Part shown: in pieces, positions 39,013 to 47,707 of the stretch | How the letters are laid out: the number at the start of each line of letters is the position of its first letter | Position numbering within the stretch: position 1 is the first letter of the stretch | Origin: an uncultured virus (IMG/VR IMGVR_UViG_3300030061_003823) | Taxonomy: Duplodnaviria; Heunggongvirae; Uroviricota; Caudoviricetes | Length of the DNA stretch: 64,000 bases | Strand: one strand, 5' to 3' | IMG/VR virus record: IMGVR_UViG_3300030061_003823 | Notes under the pieces: generated by a model | Database searches by the model: none | Told to the model about the DNA's origin: nothing | The model's input: the letters and a program-made list of their open reading frames with translations, nothing else | Position numbers and translations under genes: made by a program

Positions 39013-39039
39013 ATACTATAAATATACAAAAACTTATGT

Positions 39040-39069
39040 AAAAAAAAACCCCACTTAGTAGTGGGGTTA
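39040..39069 (-). terminator. intrinsic terminator closing the TROVE-like gene and ncRNA transcript
   Basis: AACCCCAC-TTAGTA-GTGGGGTT hairpin with a U tract on the minus strand. Confidence 0.85.
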
Positions 39070-39073
39070 TTTC

Positions 39074-39131
39074 TCAGGAAGAGGTTTCAATTTAATTTAG
39101 TTAATTTTAAGATTGCGGTAATCTTCCTTTC
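39074..39131 (-). ncRNA. candidate small structured RNA B (Y-RNA-like partner of the TROVE-like protein)
   Basis: AAGGAAGA-UUA-CCGCAA-UCUUAAA...AAACC-UCUUCCUGA; 7-bp terminal stem. Confidence 0.5.
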
Positions 39132-39170
39132 ATATATAAATCGCACAAGGCGAAGTAAAGTTAAATCTTC

Positions 39171-39281
39171 TGGGTAGTCAGAATCATTTTTTTATTCCTA
39201 GTTTATTTTCAAGGTGGGGAATAATATCCACCTCTCTCTCTTGTTAGTTTAAGTTGCCGAAGAGATTCTTTGGTCTACCCA
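39171..39281 (-). ncRNA. candidate small structured RNA A (Y-RNA-like partner of the TROVE-like protein)
   Basis: UGGGUAG/CUACCCA and AGAAUC/GAUUCU stems, CGGCAA-CUUAAA motif, internal AGGUGG/CCACCU hairpin. Confidence 0.55.
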
Positions 39282-40715
39282 TTAGACCTTGATTGGTTCG
39301 TATCGAGCGGACCCGATAGTCTCCATCATCATTTTGTAAGGGGTGAGTTCCTCACAGCTTAAGATACTTTTCATGATTGAGGGTGAGAATCCTGACACTA
39401 ATGCTGTTCCCATTTCGTCAAAACGACTTGGTACATTGTCTTGTCTACTTTGAATATTCCAGTAAACAATCCCTGGCATTTCGTAACCAGCTTCCTCATA
39501 CATCCCTTTAATCATTTCTTGTGCAGTTGGGTTCCAGTCTGTTACACTATCCCATTGTCCACTAGTTGCTTGGTCAAACTCCATATCCGAAAGGATAAGA
39601 ACTTTGGTTGGCATCTCGGATTCTGGAACATTATGTTTTACCGCTTGGTCTAAGATTAACTTAAACGTTGCTTGTAAATCAGTATTCATTCCCCAGTCTG
39701 CTCTCTCCAGTTGGTTTAACCTATCGGTTAAAGAACCTTCAAGTAATTGTAGTTGTGGTCTCGAAGAGAATGTTATAAATGCGTTTTTGAAGACACCTTC
39801 ATTTCTCTCTGAGATATACAGACCCAATGATGTTGAAACATCCATACAGCTAACGTTACCGTTATTCCCTGCTGGATTTGTCATTGAAGCTGAAGTATCA
39901 ACTACTGGTAACACTCTTTCACTAATACCTTCCATGTAATTTGGAAGAGACTCCCATTGTGCTTGTGCAACATCTTTTTCTCCACCATATTTAATGGATT
40001 TAGTGATGTCATAAGGGTATACAGCCCCTGCATTGATTGTAACATTACCATCAATTAAGGCTCTTTTGTACTCCTCATACCTCTCTTCGTCATTCTTCAT
40101 GAAAGTTTTTTGATACCTCGATGATGCTAAGGAAGGGAGTTTTGAGTAATTAATACTCTTCCAATCCTTTGCACACATCTTAGTCTCAACAACATCTGTA
40201 AGTCCTACTAATAACTTACGATATTGTTTTGGGGATATTTTAAGATATCTACGTATAATGTTAGCCTTGGTACCTTTTCTAGGCATCCATTTTGCACATA
40301 GACCATCTTTATTATCTAAAGCTGTCTTAACTAAATCTAGTGCGGAGTCCCAACAATTCTGGGTTCCCACTAAAGTTAACACATCATCCCATCTACCGTA
40401 TTCACTAATTAAATTAATATTTTTATTAATCACATCTCTGTGATTATCACATAACCATAATAGACAATCTCTGAAGATTTGTCTCTCACCAGCTCCACCA
40501 CGGACATCACGTGCCCAAAAAATAATTCTAATTGTTGTGAGAGGGTCTTCATTAAAAGCTTTCGAAACCTTGGCGAAAAGTCTGTCTTTGCTCGCACCAC
40601 GCATCGCCCCTATTTGAAAAAATAAGTTAACACAATGTTTAAGTGAGGATGAGTTTGTGGTCATCCCATTTTCAGTCATTGTGTCTCTTTGTTGTATGGC
40701 GTCGATTAAATTCAT
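39282..40715 (-). CDS. TROVE/Ro60-like helical domain plus C-terminal vWA protein (DUF2828-like)
   Basis: TENG...RDVRGGAGER, YGRWDD and CAKWMPR motifs; vWA MIDAS VVDTSASM...ILSDMEFD...YWN...LVSGFSP. Confidence 0.88.
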   Translation of the reverse strand: MNLIDAIQQRDTMTENGMTTNSSSLKHCVNLFFQIGAMRGASKDRLFAKVSKAFNEDPLTTIRIIFWARDVRGGAGERQIFRDCLLWLCDNHRDVINKNINLISEYGRWDDVLTLVGTQNCWDSALDLVKTALDNKDGLCAKWMPRKGTKANIIRRYLKISPKQYRKLLVGLTDVVETKMCAKDWKSINYSKLPSLASSRYQKTFMKNDEERYEEYKRALIDGNVTINAGAVYPYDITKSIKYGGEKDVAQAQWESLPNYMEGISERVLPVVDTSASMTNPAGNNGNVSCMDVSTSLGLYISERNEGVFKNAFITFSSRPQLQLLEGSLTDRLNQLERADWGMNTDLQATFKLILDQAVKHNVPESEMPTKVLILSDMEFDQATSGQWDSVTDWNPTAQEMIKGMYEEAGYEMPGIVYWNIQSRQDNVPSRFDEMGTALVSGFSPSIMKSILSCEELTPYKMMMETIGSARYEPIKV

Positions 40716-40761
40716 AGTTAAATAAGTATATTAGTTTTGTTAAAAATTCGAATAGAAAACA

Positions 40762-40790
40762 AGATTAAGCATAAAAATACGTCCTGTCAA
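40762..40790 (-). promoter_or_regulatory. sigma70-like promoter TTGACA-N17-TAATCT
   Basis: Minus-strand ttgacaggacgtatttttatgcttaatct upstream of the TROVE-like gene. Confidence 0.45.
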
Positions 40791-40813
40791 TACCTTTAGA
40801 CTTATTTTTTGTA

Positions 40814-41011
40814 TTAAACTAGTTCTTCGTAAATTCCTACAATTTCACTTAGTATTAAGATAAAAGTTGCCCAAACTAGATTAAAAGGAATACATATGTA
40901 ACCTAAGATTCTAATCCCTGATTTGATGAAGCTTAGTATCTGATGTTTCCTAGCATCTGGTAATTCTTGTTTTTTTCTATAATCGCTTTGTAATCCTCCT
41001 GTTCTGGTCAT
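40814..41011 (-). CDS. small membrane protein
   Basis: HQILSFIKSGIRILG...LSEIVGIYEELV. Confidence 0.75.
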   Translation of the reverse strand: MTRTGGLQSDYRKKQELPDARKHQILSFIKSGIRILGYICIPFNLVWATFILILSEIVGIYEELV

Positions 41012-41445
41012 TGTTTTACTAAATTAAAGTTAAAATTAATGTCATTAAAATCTTTAGACTTTTTATACATATCATCTATGTGTTTTTGTTTGTCATCCCA
41101 AAATGAAACCTTTTTTGTTTGGGGATATTTCTTTAATAATGTTCTAAGTCTTTCTCCTTTAGAACGATCTCCATCCCTACCTTTAATAAACATATGTTCA
41201 TCAAAAGTAATTCCTCTTTTCTCTAATAAGGAAACTACCTCCTCTTGTACTGTATCAATACGATTTGTTAATAATACTTTAAGATTAGAAGATGGTAATT
41301 CTTCATAAATCTTATTTATTTCTTTTTTTGAATTAAAGGTCCATTTATTTTCATCTAGACTTTCATCTTGATCCATATATTCAATGGATTCTGGATAAGG
41401 GGTATCGACTAAGGTATTGTCGAAATCAAATATTGATATTTCCAT
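41008..41445 (-). CDS. HAD-superfamily phosphatase (RNA-repair-type HAD-like)
   Basis: IFDFDNTLVDTP, LLTNR, K and FWDD motifs. Confidence 0.85.
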   Translation of the reverse strand: MEISIFDFDNTLVDTPYPESIEYMDQDESLDENKWTFNSKKEINKIYEELPSSNLKVLLTNRIDTVQEEVVSLLEKRGITFDEHMFIKGRDGDRSKGERLRTLLKKYPQTKKVSFWDDKQKHIDDMYKKSKDFNDINFNFNLVKQ

Positions 41446-41517
41446 ATAGTTTTGTTTTGTTTTATGGTACAAAGTTACAAAAAAATATCTTAATAGAAAA
41501 CTTTTTGGGACTAAATA

Positions 41518-42171
41518 TTATTTTATCCTCTCTATGTTGTCGCTTGGTCTATTACTTAGGTCTATTACTTCTTTATTATCTACAGTCCATACATTGTCAA
41601 ATAAAGGGATTAGGTTTCTCATATTATCTTTAACTTGATCATGATATTGTGCCACCATATCCGTAGGTAAACTTCTAGGTCTTTCAGCATTTCTTGTTTG
41701 TGCTAACTCTAAAGGGGTTCTGACATAGACTAAAGTAGTGTTAAATCCTGAATCCTTTGCCATTTTCCAAACATCTTTCATAACTTTTTCTTGACCACCT
41801 CCTGCATCATATACTACATTTGTGGGTTGATCTCTCTCTTGTTGTAAAAATTGTTTTAAGAATTTAACTGTTAAATTACGAGGGTCAGATGTTGTGTAAG
41901 TCTTATCTAATATCTCCTCATATCCTTCTGGTGTAGATATTATCTCTTCCCATTCATCTCCCCATAATTTTTTTGCTGTCATGACTCTTACTTGGTCAAC
42001 ATTAAAATCTTTAACATTGTCTAAGTTAATTAGATTTTTAGTTATAAAACTTTTACCCGCGCCTGGTCCTCCGGCTATAACAACAAAGTTATTGTTTGGT
42101 GAATCAAAGTTAACCACTTTCTCTTCTGATAATAATCTTAAGTGTTTCTTAATTGATTCTCGTAGGTTCAT
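41518..42171 (-). CDS. P-loop kinase (zeta-toxin/AAA_33-like) with N-terminal tag
   Basis: GGPGAGKS, VVYD, LVYVRTPLELAQTRNAERPR; starts MNLRESIKKHLRLLSEE. Confidence 0.85.
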   Translation of the reverse strand: MNLRESIKKHLRLLSEEKVVNFDSPNNNFVVIAGGPGAGKSFITKNLINLDNVKDFNVDQVRVMTAKKLWGDEWEEIISTPEGYEEILDKTYTTSDPRNLTVKFLKQFLQQERDQPTNVVYDAGGGQEKVMKDVWKMAKDSGFNTTLVYVRTPLELAQTRNAERPRSLPTDMVAQYHDQVKDNMRNLIPLFDNVWTVDNKEVIDLSNRPSDNIERIK

Positions 42172-42172
42172 A

Positions 42173-43294
42173 CTAGCAATTACACCCGTGAATTTGTGAT
42201 TGATTATTTGCTTCATCTATTTTACAATTTAACTGGTTTGTTTGAGCTGGTCCTGCACCTGTTAAGTTATTTGTCCAAGTTTGAATTTTATTACAAATCA
42301 TGTTACATGGTTGATTTGGATTTGAAGATGAAAAGTTAGGTAAACTTGTAAAGTTACTTACCCAATTACTATAATTTGACCAAGCTGATTGGTCACAACC
42401 TGTTGTTGGTGGTGTTGTTGGACATGGTCCCATTGTTGACCAATCATAAAAGTTTCCTATTGTTCCAGGGTCTCCTGGATTTACCCCATAACCTGGATCC
42501 GCCGTACAGTAAGGATGAGTAGAAGCCTGTGTTATTACCATTCCTGATGTCATGTTTTGAGACATTGGTACATCGACTGTTTGTCCTACTTGAGGTACTT
42601 GACCACCATCAACAGTCATACAAATTGTCGCTGCCATCCAGGCTCCACCAGTAGCACCATTAGATACCCCACTAGGGTTATAACAACCAACACCGGTTGT
42701 AGGATCACAATCACAATTATTTAAGACTACATATCTACCATTAACACCTATTCCATTTGATGGTGGTGTAATACACCCACCTTGACCAGTTTGTACAGCA
42801 GGGACACAACAAGCACTTGTAGAATTCATACTACCTTGCCATTGAGAGTTTTGACCTGGACCTACTGATAATACCGTAAAACTATTTGGTCCCATACTTG
42901 AATTAAGTGGTCCATAATCTATAGTTGTCCCAACATCTGCCTGTGTAGGTGCATTTCCATCAATGGTACAACAATAACAATGCCAAGGGCCTGCATTGTA
43001 ATTTCCAGTCCAATGGTATGAATTAGGACATGCTTCTAACGTCATATATGCTCCATTAGTACATGGTGTGTTTCCTTGTTCTTTTAGAGATTTTGGAGTT
43101 ACTTTTTTTACATCATCCTGACCACTAACAAAATCATCTAAATAATCCTTAATCTCTTTGGGTTTTTCTGATTTTGATGGGGGTATTAATGTTACTCCGG
43201 ATCTTCCGTCTGTTCCAGAATAATTTGTTTTATTCCTTCCCGTTTGTTCGGATAATAATCTTAATTCTTTTTTTATGTTTTTTCTTAAATTCAT
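42173..43294 (-). CDS. Cys/Gly-rich modular protein (tag family)
   Basis: MNLRKNIKKELRLLSEQ; ends GCNC. Confidence 0.88.
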   Translation of the reverse strand: MNLRKNIKKELRLLSEQTGRNKTNYSGTDGRSGVTLIPPSKSEKPKEIKDYLDDFVSGQDDVKKVTPKSLKEQGNTPCTNGAYMTLEACPNSYHWTGNYNAGPWHCYCCTIDGNAPTQADVGTTIDYGPLNSSMGPNSFTVLSVGPGQNSQWQGSMNSTSACCVPAVQTGQGGCITPPSNGIGVNGRYVVLNNCDCDPTTGVGCYNPSGVSNGATGGAWMAATICMTVDGGQVPQVGQTVDVPMSQNMTSGMVITQASTHPYCTADPGYGVNPGDPGTIGNFYDWSTMGPCPTTPPTTGCDQSAWSNYSNWVSNFTSLPNFSSSNPNQPCNMICNKIQTWTNNLTGAGPAQTNQLNCKIDEANNQSQIHGCNC

Positions 43295-43297
43295 AGT

Positions 43298-44017
43298 TTA
43301 ACAGTTACATGCTTGTATTTGACATTGCGCATATTTAGCTTTCGCCATTTTTGCAATGAATTGATTTGCGTTTGATAAACCACTATTTTGACCTGCGGTC
43401 CATATATCACTCGCATTATTATATGGTCCAGTTTGTGGGGTTGGAGCCCCAGCCATAATAGAAATAGCTTGTTGTTCTAAATTAGTTGATGGCCAACCAT
43501 AGCTTGTACAATCTTTACTTGTTATCCAAGTTGACGCCCAATTTGCGTTAGGGTTCTGAAACCATTGAACGGCACATGGTGAAGCGGTTGTGGTATCACA
43601 TGGAGATGAGGAGGAACACGGAATTGGAGGACCTGATGGGTCAGGAATCGACCCAACACATCCCATAGGATCAATACCTAGATATTCCATATTCCAGGCT
43701 GTAACTTGTCCTCCTCCACTTGGAGTTTGTCTCACATATTTGAACTTATCCCCAGGAGATGGATTACCTAAATAGGAAAACCATTGACTATTTGTCTTAT
43801 TGTGTGAAAATATTGTATGCCCAGCACTATAGATATTACAAGAATCATTTATATCATATAAACCATTAGACTTAAACATATGACATGCATCTACCCCTGG
43901 AAAACCAGGACTAGTTACCGCATTTTGACAAATATATTGTGGGTAATGACAATTATTAGGATTTGCCTGCTCATTTAGCGTTCTTAATTCTTTTTTTATG
44001 TTTTCTCTTAAGTTCAT
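43298..44017 (-). CDS. Cys-rich modular protein (tag family); C-terminal module duplicated in 50828-51508
   Basis: MNLRENIKKELRTLNEQ; ends QCQIQACNC. Confidence 0.88.
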   Translation of the reverse strand: MNLRENIKKELRTLNEQANPNNCHYPQYICQNAVTSPGFPGVDACHMFKSNGLYDINDSCNIYSAGHTIFSHNKTNSQWFSYLGNPSPGDKFKYVRQTPSGGGQVTAWNMEYLGIDPMGCVGSIPDPSGPPIPCSSSSPCDTTTASPCAVQWFQNPNANWASTWITSKDCTSYGWPSTNLEQQAISIMAGAPTPQTGPYNNASDIWTAGQNSGLSNANQFIAKMAKAKYAQCQIQACNC

Positions 44018-44018
44018 T

Positions 44019-44282
44019 TTATTCTCTTGTTAATAAATACTCAAATATAGTTTGCGACATTTGTCCATCAAAAAAATTTGAATCCAACTCCGCAATTATT
44101 TCCCCATCAGTATCATAAGACATTTCTTCAAAGTCTCCAGTTTCATAAAAAATTACATACTTTGGTACACGATCCGATGTTACCATTTCTAAAACTAATT
44201 CACCATCTCTAAATGGTTTTCTATCCAACTCATCGAATTGAAATTCTCTTAATACTTTTTTTATTGATTCTTTTAGTTTCAT
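44019..44282 (-). CDS. small tag-family protein
   Basis: MKLKESIKKVLRE start. Confidence 0.75.
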   Translation of the reverse strand: MKLKESIKKVLREFQFDELDRKPFRDGELVLEMVTSDRVPKYVIFYETGDFEEMSYDTDGEIIAELDSNFFDGQMSQTIFEYLLTRE

Positions 44283-44283
44283 A

Positions 44284-45462
44284 TTAACAATTATTTGTTG
44301 TTTGTAAACTTTCAGCGTGTTCAATCTTAAAGTTTAACATTTCTACCCAAGATGTATTCCACTCACTAAGAGTATCTAGTTTTGTCTCCCAAGCTGTTAT
44401 TCTATTTTGTAAGAAATTACAAGGATTAGCGTGATTATTAACCGTATCTGTAAACTCACTTTCCCATTGTGGTTTATTCCAGTTCATAGTTCCACTTGTT
44501 AAATTAGTAGCGTCTCCTGGAGATAAATTTTGTAGATTATCACAATTATGTGAATTATTACCTAGATTTTGTGCAAAAGTAATATGTTGTGTTACTCTAT
44601 TATAGTGTGTAGGGTTATTTTGGAACCATGGTTTGTCTAATTGTGCGTTCATATCATCAATCTTCTTTCTAAGAAGAGAACATGGATTATTAGCATTTTC
44701 AATTAAACATGTAAAAGTAGTTTCCCACCCATGAGTTTGTACATTTTGTTGCCAATTTGACCCTCCTATTGGTTGTGTGAGGGTTGCACAAGGTGAAGTA
44801 CTACCACTTGTTGTTTGTCCACACGCCGCAAGACAATCCGTTTCACTAGTATATAACCCTGTTATATTTGGAAACTGTTGCCAATTGGTGTTTGAAAATG
44901 TTCCTCCTGGATAAGATTGACATGAGTTACTAATACAGAACCAGTCATCAGGAAGTGCGATACAAGAACCATCATCACAGGTTGCATTTGGGTCATAGTT
45001 GGTTGCCAAAGAATCCGTACAACCATATGTTTGTGTAATTCCTGGTACTCCGGCACATCCACAACTATCACATAATAGAGGGGTAGTGCTATTTGAACCG
45101 TCATGCCAACAATTAGGATCATTATCACAAGCAGAACAAGCTTGACCTGTAGTCATATTCCAACAATTACTATTTTGACAATTAGGACAAGAAGTTTCAC
45201 ACGGCACATCCTGCAAAGGATGACTTGTATTATTATTTGTTGACACACTTGTCACAAAAACTGTTCTCGTTTGTCCTTGAGTAGTTGTAATCGTAATAAT
45301 ATCGCCCACTTGTGGAGAATTACCATTCACTAATATATTATGTACTGACGCCACCATTGATCCGGTACATGTTTTATACCCAATTTTTCGAGCACTACTA
45401 CTTTGTTCTTGAAGTCCCATCAACTGCCTATTTCTTCTTATTTCCTCGTTTAAGTTACCCAT
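44284..45462 (-). CDS. Cys-rich modular protein (tag family, one GCTD repeat, two PCxxL helical modules)
   Basis: LNEEIRRNRQLMGLQEQ. Confidence 0.88.
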   Translation of the reverse strand: MGNLNEEIRRNRQLMGLQEQSSSARKIGYKTCTGSMVASVHNILVNGNSPQVGDIITITTTQGQTRTVFVTSVSTNNNTSHPLQDVPCETSCPNCQNSNCWNMTTGQACSACDNDPNCWHDGSNSTTPLLCDSCGCAGVPGITQTYGCTDSLATNYDPNATCDDGSCIALPDDWFCISNSCQSYPGGTFSNTNWQQFPNITGLYTSETDCLAACGQTTSGSTSPCATLTQPIGGSNWQQNVQTHGWETTFTCLIENANNPCSLLRKKIDDMNAQLDKPWFQNNPTHYNRVTQHITFAQNLGNNSHNCDNLQNLSPGDATNLTSGTMNWNKPQWESEFTDTVNNHANPCNFLQNRITAWETKLDTLSEWNTSWVEMLNFKIEHAESLQTTNNC

Positions 45463-45464
45463 GT

Positions 45465-46790
45465 CTATATTTTATACTTCCACATCTCTTTCATTCTATT
45501 AAGCTCCTCATTTATCTTCTTCTTTTCTTTTTCTTTTTTCTTATCTTTTTTCTTATCTTTTTTCTTATCTTTTTTCATTGCATCTGGTCCTGTTGATGGT
45601 GGAGCCGATGGTGGAGCCGATGGTGGAGGTGGTGTAGGTCCTCCTGTTTGTGGTGGTATATTAAGTGGCGGACAATTACACACATCTGCTTGACATTGGG
45701 CCCATTCTACTTGTTCTCCTTTCCTTAATATTTGTGTATTGTTTAATGGTACTCCAGATGAGTTAACACCTGAATTCAATTGATCCGTATTCCAATTAAC
45801 AACATTCTGTAAGTGTTGACATCCAACACTATCAAATCCAGATTGTCTTAAACTTAAAAATTGTGTCCAAGAATTCTCTCCTCCAGTATTTAAGTGAGTA
45901 TCAGCACATGGAGTGTTCCACGCAATAATACAATTAGTGGAACTATTAGTTGAATTACTGCCAGGACAACCTCCAGGTATTTCAGGAAAATCTTGAATTC
46001 CCCATGGAGATGATCCTGAAGGAGTTATCTCTGTAATTTCATAATAGACTGGTCCACTAGCATTTGACGTCCCAGCATCAATAACTTTCCCAACGTAAGT
46101 TTGGTCAGGTATCACCCCATCTATTGTTGCACAAGGCCATTCTCCACCACTACTAGGGTTACCACATTGTATGGTCTTTACATTCATACATGTTGCACTA
46201 GTCCCTGTCGTCGTTCCTGTTCCAGCACAATAAGCATTACAATAATTTTCATCAATATACGGTCCTGTAAAATATGATTGAGGTTGATTTGCTGATTGTA
46301 TACAATTACCTCCATTAGGACTAACGTATGCTCCGGTTGGGTCACACCACCAGTCTGCTGTTGCTCCAGTTGTTGTTCCAGTTGTTGTTGTGGTTCCACT
46401 ATTACATAATAAAGTAGGCATGTCAGGTGTTGTCCAATAAACAGCTTCAGGTCCTTGTGAATTTGAGGGACCTCCCATTTGATACATTAGCCCTTCAGGA
46501 CTTGATGGTTGTCCACCAGCGTTTGCCACTGCACACATCTCATATCCATTAGCCAAAGCTATTGGGTTTGTCATAATATTTGTATACCCGACTATGTCAT
46601 TACCTGTATATCCAACTCCATTTTGCCAAATAGGTGGTGAGTATTGCATAGATTGCTGATGGACCGTCCCCCCACTACACACGTAACACATAGGAACAGT
46701 TAGTGGTGATTGTTGTTCATTTAATAGAGACTTATAGTAATTTCTTGATTCGTTCATTCTTTGACGACCTCCCTTATATTCTTTTTCCAT
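45465..46790 (-). CDS. Cys/Gly/Pro-rich modular protein with both terminal tags
   Basis: RMNESRNYYKSLLNEQ; C-terminal KKDK repeats then INEELNRMKEMWKY. Confidence 0.88.
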   Translation of the reverse strand: MEKEYKGGRQRMNESRNYYKSLLNEQQSPLTVPMCYVCSGGTVHQQSMQYSPPIWQNGVGYTGNDIVGYTNIMTNPIALANGYEMCAVANAGGQPSSPEGLMYQMGGPSNSQGPEAVYWTTPDMPTLLCNSGTTTTTGTTTGATADWWCDPTGAYVSPNGGNCIQSANQPQSYFTGPYIDENYCNAYCAGTGTTTGTSATCMNVKTIQCGNPSSGGEWPCATIDGVIPDQTYVGKVIDAGTSNASGPVYYEITEITPSGSSPWGIQDFPEIPGGCPGSNSTNSSTNCIIAWNTPCADTHLNTGGENSWTQFLSLRQSGFDSVGCQHLQNVVNWNTDQLNSGVNSSGVPLNNTQILRKGEQVEWAQCQADVCNCPPLNIPPQTGGPTPPPPSAPPSAPPSTGPDAMKKDKKKDKKKDKKKEKEKKKINEELNRMKEMWKYKI

Positions 46791-46804
46791 AGTTAATTTT
46801 TTTT

Positions 46805-47695
46805 TTACTTAAAATGTTTTAGTAATTCCCATATTTCATCATCAATACAAATCTTTGTGACTGCAGGTAATAACCAAGGTGAAACATTTGATATTTTCAT
46901 CCCGTCGGTTACCCACAAAAAGAGTTGTTGATTTTTTAATGCACTTAATTGTGCCTCTCCCAAAGTACCGGCACCAGCTTTACCATCGTATCTTAGTAGA
47001 TTTGTATCACAAATATCTAACATTCTTAGATCTTGTAATATAATATTTTGTCTTATTTTTTCACGGAAGACTTGCATTTCATCATCTTTTAATGAATCGC
47101 TTTTCCATTTACCAAATAGATCATTAAATTCTTCATCCTCTTCTCTTACCGTCTCTGCCCTAAGTGGATTTAGAATCGCCGGTTCTGATATTCCTTTAGT
47201 GTCCCATTCTCCAGTTAAAACTAATTTAGCTAATCTTTCATCTTTAACAACATGATTTTCACCAAAATATTTTTCCATTTGAGTTCTCCATCCTAAGGCG
47301 TCGGTAGCGAAATCAATTGCTCCCCCCAGATACATAGCACGAGGTTCAAATATCCCTGTCATATCATTAGGGTCCATTACTTTAATTAACTCAATTGTGT
47401 CTTTTGTTTCCTCAGCACTCGCGTTAATAAGAAAAGTAGCTGCCTTATCAGTAAAGAACCTCTTAAAGTATTTCATCATTTTACCTAAAAACCCATCGGC
47501 TTTAAGTTCAGGTATTCCTTTATATGCAAAGGCCTCTTCTAACTTTTTCTTGTCATCTAAAGAATCTTCTAACATATCTCTCACCATTTCTCTTTCTTGT
47601 GAAGAAAGTTGTATTAGTTCATCCTGAAACTCTACTTGAGTTACTGTATCATCATAGTTTTCTAATTCTTCTTTAATTTTTCTTCTTAAGTTCAT
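46805..47695 (-). CDS. nucleoside 2-deoxyribosyltransferase/N-glycosidase-like protein with N-terminal tag
   Basis: MYLGGAI...WR...LNP...QDLRMLDICD...GAGTLGE motif order. Confidence 0.7.
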   Translation of the reverse strand: MNLRRKIKEELENYDDTVTQVEFQDELIQLSSQEREMVRDMLEDSLDDKKKLEEAFAYKGIPELKADGFLGKMMKYFKRFFTDKAATFLINASAEETKDTIELIKVMDPNDMTGIFEPRAMYLGGAIDFATDALGWRTQMEKYFGENHVVKDERLAKLVLTGEWDTKGISEPAILNPLRAETVREEDEEFNDLFGKWKSDSLKDDEMQVFREKIRQNIILQDLRMLDICDTNLLRYDGKAGAGTLGEAQLSALKNQQLFLWVTDGMKISNVSPWLLPAVTKICIDDEIWELLKHFK

Positions 47696-47707
47696 ATTAA
47701 TAAATAC

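Noticed and set aside
45520..45625. 12-bp tandem repeats (TTTTTCTTATCT; GATGGTGGAGCC)
   Set aside because: Simple in-frame KKDK and PPSA linker expansions; similar TEKP/PET repeats occur near 59440-59520
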